Assembly: GCA_015680685.1 (NCBI GenBank)
Contig: MNCI01001683.1
Span: forward strand, 31,256-95,255
DNA length: 64,000 nucleotides
DNA from: Gnetum montanum
Lineage: Eukaryota > Plantae > Gnetophyta
Reading direction: 5' to 3'
Shown here: positions 51,388 through 64,000 of the stretch, piece after piece
How the letters are laid out: every line of letters begins with the position of its first letter
How positions within the stretch are numbered: the first letter of the stretch is position 1
Notes under the pieces: generated by a model
Databases searched by the model: none
What the model was told of the DNA's origin: nothing
Seen by the model: only the letters and a program-made list of their open reading frames with translations
Position numbers and translations under genes: made by a program

Positions 51388-52505
51388 CTAAGAAAACATT
51401 TGTGAAACAATTCATAATTAGTCATCCAAGTGCCATTTTAATCCTATACAACATAACATCATTTAAATAAATGGTAAATGGAAATGCTTTATTACATCCT
51501 CAAGTGGTCTATAGGACAAAACATAATAAAAGTCATATTTCTAATCTGAATTAAAAGGGAAAAAAAGAATCTCCACAGAATTATTAATAACATGAACCCT
51601 ACTGAAATCCATTACGTTCTTGTTGTTCAATGTACAAATAGTATTGCTATAAAATCGAAAAACTAATGTCCTCCAATTTTGCTATTTAGTTTTATTACAG
51701 TTACGTGGCTTCTTATCCAACTGTTTTCTTTTGCAAAATATCATATCTTGTTTATTTTTCAATAACTATTGTTGAATTCTACATATATTATCAGCACAAC
51801 GGTCTTTTGCTTAAGCTTCCTGCTGGTTTTCTGAAGTAGTAACCCCCACTAACTTGTTGAATGGTCGGTGTCCAATTAATAACAGCTACATTTTTAGCTT
51901 CTACAATGTATTCACATTTCCCAAATATATTTGAGGTAATGAAAATTGATACGTGAGCATTTAATTTTTCCCTTTTATATGTAAAAGTTTAAAGGTTGGC
52001 TGCCTGGCCTACTTGGAAAAATGCAATTAATTCAAAGTAGTCTTTAATCTGTCCCACTATATTTAATGTCATTATGGACACCAAACGAGATTGTAAACTG
52101 ATTAGAGCAATTAGAGTGTGGGTTTTCTTTGGTAGTTAGTTGAAGTAAGGGAAAACCCCATCTATTCAATTAGGATACAATGTATTTCGTGCAGCAATGT
52201 CATGGACTTAGACTTAAAAACTACATTATTTGAATATGCATCTTTTTGGGAAGTTTACTTAGAGGATCATGGATAAGGATGTGTAGTGCCGCACATTAAT
52301 ACATGTGGCCTACTTAGACTTGAACTTGTTTTAAAGCTTCTATATATTTGTAGATGTACCTAATGATTCTATCTTAATACGAAGATTTTTGATTGGGTGA
52401 CATAAGCAAGTTTCCTATTATTTTTAATTTCTTTTTAATTATTTATTATTTTAAGTTAAATATGTATGCATGTATGTATTATTGATGAATGAGGATGGAA
52501 AACTC

Positions 52506-52585
52506 TAACATTATTTTAGAATCATCATCATCACCATCCTAGCCTTATCCCAACAAAATGGGCAGCTTAACATTATTTTAGAATA
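52506..52585 (-). mobile_element. Very short RTE-type 3'-end insertion with target-site duplication
   Basis: About 46 bp (minus strand ccattttgttgggataaggctaggatggtgatgatgatga) flanked by taacattatttt(t)agaa on both sides. The same terminus occurs at ~54270-54314 (+). Confidence 0.65.
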
Positions 52586-52849
52586 ATATTATAAATTAAT
52601 GTAATGTAGACCCATGGTATATTTTGGCATTTAGTTAGAATTTTTAATTTATTAAAATACATAAAAAATTCAAAGTTGTTGAAGTGTGCCCAAATTTAGT
52701 AAACTACCTCAATTTTACATATAGAGTATAGATTTATAATTAGTTTTTCAATTCAAGTCCTAGAATTTAAGATTTTAATGTTAAACAATTTGAAAAGTAC
52801 CTTGTGGGCCCGTATTTTCTTTAAATTGGTTAAAATATTAAAATCAGGC

Positions 52850-54900
52850 ATTGTAGCTATGGCATGTTTGTGCTTGTTTACATGTGTAAAATGTTGGATA
52901 TGCAAAAAGGGCCAAAAATAAATTACATACCCTCAAAGCTTATAAAGTAAGAGTGACTAAAAACAAGCTAAAAAGGTGGGCTCATAAGAAAAGACAATGT
53001 GGAATGGTCATGTATGCTTTATAACATGCTTATGATGACTTTTTTTTTAAATATGATAATTGTCCACTTCATATGAATTACTTGAAAAAGGGGAGAGGAC
53101 TCATTGACTCTCTTGAGTGTTGTCACTCTCACATGTCCATTCCCTCATGAGAGCTTACTTGTCCAAGTCAAGTAGTAATGAGGTCATGAATAAAGAAAGG
53201 ACTTTTGGAGAACAGGTTGTCTAGTCTTTGCCCATGGTGTAAACTTTTGTGCACAAGTCTTTGTCCACGCCTTGAGACCTTTTTTATCCTATAAATAAAG
53301 GGGTTTTGCTCTAATTTTCACCATTTTGCCAAGAGAGGGAAGCCTATGCTAGTTTGAGGAGCGAGGCTGCTCCTACCTTGTCTTTTTGGCTCAGTATGGG
53401 GGCTGTCTTAGTCATCTTTGTGAGCCTTTAATCAAGGCATAAGAGGCTGACTTTGTGGCTGATTTCAAAGACTATTGGGGCTGATTCTAAGCTCTGCCTT
53501 TCTCTGATTTTCCTTGTGGCTTTTGGCTGCACCTTGGATTGTTGTTATGACTCAATTCTCAAGGCCGTTGGTACCTGATCTTTAAAACTGTTGGTTGGAC
53601 AACAATCCAAGCTTGAAGTGTGCTCTTCTTCCTCAACTAATCAGCCATTCATAGAGGTGTGTACTTCAAAACTTGTTACATTCTAAGTATTTATATGTGT
53701 TTGTTATCTTGGCTTGAAAAAGCAAGGATTATTTTATGAGGGTATGTGGGATTTTCTTAGAGTTGTGAGTCATGAATGTGGTCTTTCATGAGTCATGGGT
53801 CTGATTTTTGGCATACATATATTAGGTTTAGCATTCCAAGCCAAGATATGAACGGAGGAGGGTTAGCATCAAGTTGGCAGTCGGCTGTAAAACCATGCCA
53901 AATCTCATAGATGAGTTCTTTTTCAGATTTTGCAAATGCTAGGGCATTCCCCAAAGGAATATCACTTGGAGTGATGGTAAGGTGTTTGTTTCTCAAATTG
54001 TCAAACCTGGGTTTGAGCCTAGGCGAAGCCACTCGAAAAAGGTTAGGCTTTCACTCATCCATTGCCCTCCCAAGACCCTACATCAGCGAGATAAGCATTG
54101 AGCCTTTGGGTGATGATCCTTTTATCCTTTAGAGCATTCTCTAGATATGATGCACAGTAGTCACAAGGCTTAGTTACTATGGAAAATGGGCAAGGGCTTA
54201 CTAGAGTATTCTCTAAAAATGACACAACATCATTGCCCAAATGTTGTGAAAAATAGACAAAGGTCAGCCAACCCCATTTTGTTAGGACAAGACTAGGATG
54301 ATGACGATGATGATATTGGGCTTATGCGCTAGCATTTTCTTTGGGTCATGTGCCCTTGGTGTTTCATGTTTTTGTCATCAATTTTAAGAAATGCCCCCCA
54401 TATTTCCATCCAAGACTGGTGATTTCTTATGTGGGCTACAAAAGCTTAGTCCTTGGAGGTGCTTAATGGTGTTAGACCTTACTATTTTATCCAACCCTAG
54501 TGTTGTTCTTGTGTGGACTATAAGATGCTGTAGGGTTTAGAGAAACTTGGTGTGTGACAATCAGATGGCGAAAGGGTCCATTGAGTACTCATTTAAAAAT
54601 GAAAAGAAACTATGCATATTGATAATTTTTTGTCTTTTTCAAAGTGAAAGGTAAAGGGCATATGTTCTGTTTGTTAAGCATTTTTTTTTTGTCAATTTTT
54701 GAGGAGTTGTCATGTCCCAATTCAATGTTAAATGGTTCTTTATTCAAGCCTGCATTTCTCTCAATGTGAAAACATGAGAGGCTGGAAAATTTAAGAATGT
54801 AGATTTCAAAGTTTGGCACCATGTTAATCCAACATGGCATTCAAGCTTGGTACATTTCAGTTTTTATTTATCTCTCCTTTTCATTTTGTAATTGATCTCA
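52850..54900. mobile_element. Probable degenerate LTR (solo LTR-like sequence)
   Basis: cctataaataaagggg at ~53288 followed by R/U5-like sequence and CpG-depleted composition. Termini and TSD not resolved. Confidence 0.35.
53860..54314 (+). mobile_element. Non-autonomous RTE/SINE-like element ending in (GAT)n
   Basis: Shares one segment with the 50100-50315 SINE and its 3' terminus with the 52520 insertion. The 5' boundary is approximate. Confidence 0.5.
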
Positions 54901-55750
54901 TGTAGTTTTCTTATTTTATCTATTTAAAAAAAAATTAGTTCTTTGATAATGATTGTCCTAGTTTAAAGACTGTTACCTTATCTTTCATGGTTGATACCCT
55001 ATGTTTACTGTTTTCTGATTCCATTAAGAAAAAAATTATTTAATAATGATAAACAGTCAAGCTTTAAAAGAGTATTCTATATCATTTGTACTTCTTTATA
55101 AAGATAAAAAGAGACTCAGACGATTCTCTGATTAAGAGAAAAATATATCAAAGACTGTCTATCCTCTGTTTTAGCCTGAGAAAAGAAAGACTTTTTTTGT
55201 ATGATGGGTATTTTATTCTCCATGATTTTGCCTTCCAATTAAAGATATTCAAGAAACCAAAATTTGCCTTAGGCTGAAAGAAAATCTTGCAAAATCTCCA
55301 CTTTCATGAACTGTTATGATAATAATTATAAGTTCAGATCTACTTTAGGCCCTCATTTTCCTCTATACTCAGATTTGACTGCCAAACATTCAGGCCCTAC
55401 CCTCAGACTTTGTGTGCTAAATTTAGAATGCTTTAAAACGGAGAAAGTATTTTTTGATTTTCATACGTGAACACTCATCTATGACCACAGGGGTAAGGCA
55501 GTCACACCCTTTTTCTTTGACATTAAAGATGAACAAACCTATGTGTTGTAACTCTCCATTGTTGATGCATGAGCTAGTTTATTATATGGCATTTAAGAAC
55601 TTATTTGTAATGTACAGTCATCTACTGTCTATTGTAAGTTGATGATAGTGGATCTTGGAAGCCTGAGAATCTCTTTGAAGTAAATCTTTTAATGCATAAT
55701 GAATTTTTTATACACTTTATCATAGTTAAATTTTCCCTTCATGCAAAATA

Positions 55751-55938
55751 ATTTTTTTTTTTTTTTTTTGAGAAAATATTCAGGATTATATTACTGAGAA
55801 AAAAAGACTATAGTACAGGAGATTACAAACCGTGGGTGGGCCATCAGCAATGGCCCTCAATGGAGGGGAAAAACCCCCTAAGTCACAAAAAATTCAACAC
55901 CCCATTAGATATCTTATAACCAAGAAACAAACCCAAAA
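55751..55938 (-). mobile_element. 5'-truncated LINE 3' end with poly(A)
   Basis: T19 tract at 55751-55769 with an adjacent stem-loop (gggccat...atggccc), typical of a LINE 3' UTR. Confidence 0.5.
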
Positions 55939-55944
55939 ATATGT

Positions 55945-58620
55945 GGGTAAAGCCTTCTTGTATGAAAAATGCATAAATATGTGGGTACCATGCACGTGGA
56001 GCTTACTTGAGTCCGTATAATACTTTATGGAGCTTGTAAACATGATTTTGTTTTCCTTCATCAATGAAGCCTGGTGGTTGTTCCACATAAACTTCTTCAT
56101 TAAAAAATCCATTGAGGAATGTAAAGGCCACATCTAGTTGATAAACCACATATCCAGCTTGTGCAACAATGGCAAGAAAGATTCTCACGAATTCCATCCA
56201 TGAAACAGGAGCAAAGTTATCATCAAAGTCCCTACCTTGCTATTGGAGATATCCTTTAGCGACTAGGTGTGCTTTGAATTTTTCTATTTCACCATACTAA
56301 TTTCTCTTAATTTTAAATATCCATTTTAAACCAATTATTGGCTTACCAGGTGGAGGAGGAACTAGGCTCCAAGTATTGTTTTTGTGAATTTGTTGCAGCT
56401 CTCTCTCCATGGCAACAATCCAATGGGTATCATGCGCAGCTTCGTCGACTATGGATGGTTCCAACAAATCATCATTGCTCCCCCCATCGGTGTAAGTAGC
56501 ACAAAAAATTCATCGTCTACAATGATGAAGAGAGCATTTTCAATGTCTGCCACATCCTGGGTTGAGTGCACATTGTTCTCCTTAAAGTGACTGCAGGTCC
56601 GCCTATTGAAATTCATATCTAGCATTTGTGAGACTAGATAATAGGTAGCTAGCGAAGATGTGGAAGGAATCTACCGTAGAGTGGACAGTGTTGATGTAGA
56701 ATATGTCCTAGAGGGAATGATTTGTGATGGCGTTGCTGCAAAGGTTTGGCTTGTAAGAGAGAATAATATCTGATGCCACTGCTACATAGTATTGGCATGA
56801 GAAACATTATGATTTTTATCTCATTGTGGAGCAAGGTTGAAAATAGTTTTAGATGGGATTGATTCCAAAAAATTAGGAACAAAATGGTCGGCCGTGGTAC
56901 AATCTATGTTCAAATTCAGGTATAGACACAAGGTGGAAAACATTGTGTTTGGGTAGCTAGGATCCCTGCATTATCAGTTGTAAAATAATGGATTACAAGT
57001 GGCCAATGAGCAAGTGTGTATATTTGGCCTTTGCTATGTGGGTGTGTAGCAGGAGATGATGACGCAGCAGAAAAATTAGGAAAAATAATACCTTTATGGC
57101 CATGCCAGTGTTGCAAATTAGGATCAGAGAATACCTGGCCAACAAGTTTGTGAAACAGAGGATGCATTTGCCAACAAACGGAAGGAAGAGTGGGGTGTAT
57201 TTGTGGCTTGTGTAATTTGCAATGATGATTGTGGCTGGGATGGTTGGAGAGATGAATTGAATTATTATATTGTTGCGGCAGACAAGTGACGGTTCCTGTG
57301 GATTGAGGCAATGGCAGAAAAGTTTTGGATGGCTAAGTAATGGAACCTTGTCTTCCCACGTTATCATCAATTATGCTTTTCCGTTGCTGTTGCAAAAAAT
57401 CAAAAATATTAGATCTATTGTGACTATCGCTGCTGTTGGTAATGGATTCACCATGGCCTACTAAATCACGTTGATGGTAGGCACAAGACATGTTGTATTG
57501 CCACCACGAGCTATTCAGATTTTCTTAATTGTATTGCCACTTTGATTTTCTACTTCTACCTTGAATTCTTTAAAAAATCCTAATGTTTGATCTTTTCATT
57601 TCATAAAATACCCCCAAGCAAATCTTGAAAAATCATCCACTATTATTAACATATATTAGTTTTTACCTAGGCTCAATGTTGCATGGAACCACATAAATCC
57701 ATACAAACTAAATCTAATTTTTCTTGAGATCTATACTTTCTAGGAAACGGCAACCTTGTAATTTTTCCTAGTTGACATATGCCACAATCATGATTATTTG
57801 GCAAAGAAAAATTTGGCATACCTCTTACAATTTCTCCTTTTTGCATGCGGTCCATTGAGCCAAAGTTGACATGTCCTAACCAAGCATGCCATTACCATGC
57901 TATGTCTTCAATGACAGTGAGACAATGAACATCCTTTTGCATCTACAACTTGTACATCTAATTCTTGCTTATAGGGATAATGGCAATACTTTTATCATCA
58001 TTAACCTTAGAAATTTTACAAACATATTTTTCAAATTCAACATGATACCCATTGCAACATAATTACCCCACAATAAATTCTTTGAAAGATTTGGAACAAA
58101 ATAGATCTGGGAAATAACATATTTGTTACCTTGAGTTGTTGTGAAGGCAAGTGATCCAATCCCGACAATGGTTAACTTCTTCCCATTACCTATAGTTACC
58201 TTTCAATCATATTTTTCCAAGTTTGAGAACAATTTCTTATTCCCTATCATGTGATTGCTACACCCACTATCAACATACCAAATAATATGCAAATTTCCTA
58301 TTTATGCACCATGCAAGCCTCAAAATTCCAGCCGAATTCTTCTCACTTTTTTGATCACGTCCAGCACTCTAATGCATTGGGAAGATTCATGCAAACAACA
58401 ACAAATTCAAGTCCAGCACTTCACCACCAACGAACATTCTCACCCATGGCACATGAACCAGCAGAAAACATGCCTACTACTACCAACTTTGGATATGAAT
58501 CCATGTTAGTAATAAGCCCAAACCAACGACCAACTTTTTCCACATATCATATACAACCCTAGCATGATCATAAAGTTATTACTTTTCATATCTTTTTTGC
58601 ATCATCTTCATCAACATCAT
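55945..58620 (-). mobile_element. Ty1/copia internal region, minus orientation (protease, partial integrase, linker, RT N-terminal half)
   Basis: WYVDSGCSNHM (~58270); WLGHVNF...CGICQLGK...LDLVCMDLCG; IIGLKWIFKIK...FKAHLVAKGY; YQLDVAFTFLNG...LYGLK*APRAW. Confidence 0.9.
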
Positions 58621-58639
58621 CATTCCATACTACATTTTA

Positions 58640-61217
58640 GCACAGCAGAGGCCAAATATTCATGCATGTTCATTGGCCACCCGTAATCCATTATTTTACA
58701 ACTCACAATGCGGGGATCCCAATTGCCCAGACACAACATTTTCCACATTTGCGTCAATGTCAAAATTTGGAGATAGATTGTACAGCTGCTAACCATTTGT
58801 TTCCTCATTTTATGGAATCAATCCCACCTAAAACTATTTCCAATGCAGCTCCACATTGGGATAAAAATCATAATGTTTCTCATGCCAATACTATGCAACA
58901 ATGTCCTTAGATATCATTCCCTCTTACAGGCCAAACCTCTGCAATAGCGCCATCATAAATTATTCCCTCTGGGACACATTCTACATCAACAATATCCACT
59001 CCACAGTAGATTCCATGGACACATTCTACATCAACAATATCCACTCCACAGTAGATTCCATCCACATCCCAGCTGGCTACCTATCATCCAGTATCACAAA
59101 TGCTGGATATGAATTTCAATAAGTGCATGACCCATAGTCACTTTAAGGAGAACAATGTGCACCCAACCCAGGATGTGGCAAACACTAAAAATGCTCTCTT
59201 CACCACCATAGACAATGAATTCTTTGCGCTACTTATGCCGATGGAGAGGAGCAATGATGGTTTGCTGGAACCATCCACAATCGACGAAGTTATGCATGAT
59301 ACTTGTTGGATTGCTGGCATGGAGAACGAGGTGCAACAAATTCACAAAAATAATACTTGAAGCCTAGTTCCTCCTCCACCTGGTAAGCCAATAATTGGTT
59401 TAAAATGGATATTTAAAATTAAAAGAAATCAGTATGGTAGAATAGAAAAATTCAAAGCTCACCTAGTCGCCAAAGGATATCTCCAACAGCAAGGTAGAGA
59501 CTTTGATGATAACTTTGCTCCTGTTTCACAAATGGAATCCGTGAGAATCTTTCTTGCCATTGTTGCACAAGCTAACTATGTGGTTTATCAACTAGATGTG
59601 GCCTCTACATTCCTCAATGGATTTCTTAACGAAGAAGTTTACATGAAACAACCACCAAGCTTCATTGATGAAGGAAAACAAAATCACGTTTACAAGCTCC
59701 ATAAAGCATTATATGGGCTCAAGCAAGCTCCACGTGCATGATACCCACATATTCATGCATTTTTCATGCAAGAAGGCTTCACCAATCTTCAATCCCAAAC
59801 AACTATATACAAAAAGGTATCTAGAGATGATTATATTTTTGTTTGTTTATATGTAGATGATTTAACCTATTTTTCATCTACAATTGCATTAGAAAAATAA
59901 TTTTCTTAATGTCATGAAAAAAGAATTTGAAATGTCTAATCTATAAAAAATGTCATACTTTTTGGGTTTTCAAGTTATCCAAAGAACAAAATCAATTTCC
60001 ATATGCCAAATGAAATTTGCCCAATCCTTAATTGAGAAATTTGGCATGATTAATTGTAATCCTTCAGATACACCACTCTCCTTTGGTACAAAACTTACCA
60101 AGGATGACAAATCCCCACCCGTCGATCCTTCACTATACAGATCCCTGGTTGGTAGTATAATGGATCTCTCCAATACTTGTCCAAATATCCAATATGCTAT
60201 AAATAACCTTTCTCGGTTCATGCAAGATCTGCATGAATCACAATGGAAAGCTGCAAAACAGGTTTTACGATACTTGAAAACTACTACAAATTATGGGATC
60301 ACATTTCATCGACATAAAAATTTCAAGATATTGGGATACACTAATGCAAATTGAGGAGGCTATCTTGAAGATCGAAAGTCAACTTCTCATTTTTGTTTTT
60401 TCTTTGGTCCATCACTTATTTCCTAAGGATCAAAGAAGCAATCTACAATTGCACTCTCAATAGCAAAAGCAGAATACATAGCTACATCAAATGTTGTTAT
60501 TCAGGCAATATGGATCCACTCCATTTTCACTGAAATGGGACATATACTTAAATCTCTCATTTGCTTATACTGTGATAAAACAAGTGCTATTACGATAGCT
60601 CACAATCTTGTTCATCATAGGCATTCTAAGCACATAGATATCAAGCATCATCATCTCAAAAGCTTAATCCAAGACAACATACTCAACATGGAACATTGTG
60701 TGATTGAAGCACAAATGGCAAATATTTTCCCCAAGATTCTAAGTCATAAGAAGTTTGAATCTTTAAGAGACTTCCTTGGAGTGAAACCTCTTACCATCAT
60801 GGGGGGGTGCGTTTGTGGAATATGATGACTAGATGTCCCACAATAGAATTAAATAGATCTCATTTATAAATCTATATTGAATAAGATAAGATCCTATTTA
60901 TGTAATTCTTATCCAATTCCATATTTAGTTCATCCTATATTAAGAAGATCCTTAAATAAGATGATAAGGATCATCCCCATGATTTCCAAGATTCACGCTT
61001 ATCTCTCCAAGTTTATTCTTGGGAGATCAAGGCCTATATAATTGTAGCAGTACATATTCATTTATGAGATAGAAATAATATAGAAGAGATATAGAAGTAA
61101 GAGAGTTTCACAAGAGTGTGTTTGTTCTAACAAAGTTCTTTATTTCCTTTAAGCTTAGATCTAGATCCAGGACCCTTTCGATCAGGACCTTTTAGATACT
61201 TCATTTGGTATCAGAGC
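58640..61217 (+). mobile_element. Ty1/copia segment, plus orientation: linker, RT, RNase H, PPT, LTR (60814-61203), PBS-Met (61206-61217)
   Basis: YQLDVASTFLNG...LYGLKQAPRA; LYVDD; YRSLVGS; SKKQSTIALS; HSKHIDIKHH; G7 PPT at 60801-60807; LTR TG...CA; TGGTATCAGAGC. Confidence 0.92.
58972..59061 (+). repeat. Perfect 45-bp tandem duplication
   Basis: ggacacattctacatcaacaatatccactccacagtagattccat occurs twice; the inverted copy near 56670-56710 has it once. Confidence 0.9.
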
Positions 61218-61556
61218 TTAAAGGAAATAAAGAACTTTGTTACAACAAGCACACTCTTGTGAAACTCTCTTACTTCTATATCTCTTCTATATTCCTTCTA
61301 TCTCATAAATGAATATGTGCTGCTACAATTATATAGGCCTTGATCTCCCAAGAATAGATTTGGAGAGATAAGCATGAATCTTGGAAATCATGGGAATGAT
61401 CCTTATCATTTTATTTAAGGATCTTTTTAACATAGGACGAAACAAACATGAAATTGGATAAGAATTACATAAATAGGATCTCATCTTATTTAATATAGAT
61501 TTATAGCTGAGATTTATCTAATTCTATTGTGGAACATCTAGTCATCATATTCCATA
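61215..61556 (-). repeat. Inverted, partial copy of the copia LTR (reverse complement of 60814-61155)
   Basis: agcttaaaggaaataaagaactttg...gtcatcatattccata is the reverse complement of the first ~342 bp of the LTR, with scattered substitutions. Confidence 0.92.
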
Positions 61557-64000
61557 ATCAAGTGGGATGATTATCAACAAAGGTTGCTTTTGTAAAATGG
61601 TTTCTAAGATGACTATCATATGTTTATACACTACCCTTTAATTGGTAATATATTGGAAACAAAGTTTTACACAGCTCCGTATCAATATTTACAATGTCAA
61701 AAATATTCATAAGATTTTGCGGCAACTTAAACTTGGATTTGTAGAATTTGGCACACTGATAAAATTTGGAATATGTTGCTAGTATATGTGATCTTTGAAC
61801 TTCGAAAAGAAAGAAATTGCTAAACTTTTGATGGGATAAAAAGTAATCTAGATACAACATGGTGGCTAGTAATAAAAGTTGAAAATAGCATGAAATATAA
61901 AGGAGATTTGGCTGCTTGGAGCTTTGAATCTTATGCAATTATAATTTCTATTTTTGAAATTAAGAATGAAGTGGTACTTCAAAATGATTATTCCTTTTTT
62001 GTGTTATTACTATCATTGGTCTTGATAGCTTTTGTAATGAAACATTGGTCATGTTTCTTGGTTGATTTTTAAGACCCCAAGATTTTCTTAGTTGTACTTC
62101 AAATATTGCTTCATTAATAAAATTTCTTTTACCTGTTCAGTGAAATATGTAAAGGTTTCTGTTGAATTTTCACATTTCATTTTCATACTTAATGAAATTA
62201 TTAGGCAAGTAGTCTCCTTAATTCCTATTTTAATCTAATGCATCAACTAACCAAACATGGTAAATTTGTTACATTTCCAAAACCTTCGGAAGTTCAGAAC
62301 AGCTACATATAAGTACAATTTAGCAACTAGTTCAGCAACTATATGTAGCTGTTTCATCTCGATATTATAAACCTTGTTCTTGAATTTCTTTCTTTTGCTT
62401 AATCTGATGATGCAGAAATAGCCAGTGGAAGAATCGACATTGACAAAGTTGGACCCTAGTATATCTGGGTGTACTATTATATGATTCATGTTCTTTTCAC
62501 CTCTCTGCATTTTAAACTTATTTTCCCCATCATTGGTCACATTTAGATGCATTTACTGCTTAAGGTTTGTACTTTTAAGTCTAACCTAAATTGCAGCATG
62601 AATTGACGTTTTCCTAGCAGGAAGTACATAACGGTTTTCATAACAGAGTTTGTTTGATACATAAATCCTTGTGGTTGTTTTCCTTAGTCATGCCATCTCA
62701 TCGGTTAGGAGTCCTTTAACAAACACTGGAAGGATCCAAACAAGAATAAAATTCAACAGTATTTCACAACAAACAAAGAACCTCCTTAGATTTTACTTAT
62801 TACCTCAAATTCTTGCATAATTCAAATATGCACTACTTGTTCTCTATAAAATCAACGTGCTCACTGATTACTTATCCTTTGATAATGAGGTGTTAGCTTT
62901 GTGATAAGACTCTTGACATGGCAGCCCTAGATTAGAGGTTTAATACAACTAGGTAATGCTGAGCTATGGACAAATTCTATAAAAAGAATTCTAAAATTGA
63001 TGTGGTCTGACAAATCCAAAGGGTCTTGGTAGAAATAATCAAATTAATTCAGTTTTCATTTCAGATAATGCTCCCCCTCTCTTTTTCATAGAGAGGTAAA
63101 AGTATATTTTATTAATACTAAAATTTAGACGGGAGTACAATCATGATAATGTCTCTTCTAAAGTTAGCTCCCATAACTTGGTACACTTCAATTATAATGA
63201 AGCACTCATTTTCTTTTTGTAATCACCTATCATTCTCAACGGCGGTTCTACTTTATGTATCTAGTTATAAAAACATGATCTTTAACAATGCAAAAGATTG
63301 CCCTTGTACCCGGTTGCCATATCGGCTCTAGGGGAGGGTGGCGCTGGTTCTAATTTCTGCTGAAAATGTATAGTCCAGCTCAGTTATGTGGGGTTGGGGA
63401 GAATGGGGGGTTTCTATTCCCCGGCGGGGGGTGGGTTCATCTCCCCTGTTTTTGGGGAAAAGAATTTTTGTACCTTTATGTAAATTTCTGACATAATTTA
63501 ACCCGAATTTTCTCCAAAAAAATTGTTTTGGATTTATTTTCTTAAGTTCAATTTATTAAGCCATATCCTAAGCAATATTGAAAGCATTTGAGGATAGTTC
63601 CATTTCTACCATTCCCAAAAACACAAGTCATCAAAAGTGTCTCTACTTATTGGGAATAAGAGTTTCCCATCAATATGGATTGGCCACAAAGCGAAGTTTG
63701 TAAATATGTAATGCATTAGCCTTATTAAAACAACTGAAAACATTAGCATCATTGAATCAACACTTGAAAAACCATTCAACCATTATTTCTAACTTCTCAA
63801 TTAGTTTTCAGCATTCATTTCAATTTGAAGAATCACAGTTAAAGGAAGGAATCAACCTCAATCCATTTCAATCAGCTTTGCACTTAAATTTTCCTATTTC
63901 TAAAATTTCCTATGTATATCACAAGCCATAGTCTACTCATGGTCAAGTCAGCAAACAACTACAACCTCATCATGGGTTGCATTTCCATTATTTTAATTAT

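Noticed and set aside
56620-57500. His/Asn/Gln-rich ORFs (e.g. 56916-57311) as a captured host gene
   Set aside because: They occupy the copia integrase-RT linker position and are partly duplicated with the RT; no host protein similarity was recognised.
63320-64000. G-rich stretch and possible hAT transposase C-terminal remnant on the minus strand
   Set aside because: Only a weak FW...YP-like similarity, no TIR pair, and the window ends here.

Overview
Repeat-rich land-plant genomic DNA, probably from a non-angiosperm (inferred from gene and TE content), with two N gaps (9016-9410, 29607-30547). From left to right: (1) a truncated, frameshifted 5' fragment of exosome subunit RRP4 with a LINE fragment at its first splice donor. 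(2) Two degenerate Athila-like Ty3/gypsy LTR retrotransposons (4034-13038, 13107-26275; tRNA-Asp PBS, 5-bp TSDs), inserted 68 bp apart into the first unit of a ~835-bp tandem triplication. That triplication comprises the promoter and first codons of (3) an intronless B3-domain transcription factor gene (28548-29435). (4) The last six exons of a minus-strand pfkB/ribokinase-family gene (GCGN instead of GAGD), whose very large introns hold a Penelope-like element remnant (RT thumb, GIY-YIG, hammerhead ribozyme), a near full-length L1-type LINE, SINE/RTE fragments and a rearranged Ty1/copia locus with two inverted repeats. The most unusual observation is that the LINE has no recognisable RNase H and instead carries a third ORF before its poly(A) tail; this ORF resembles the 'env-like' accessory ORF of the Athila element in the same window. 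All identifications are by eye from motifs; no database search was run.
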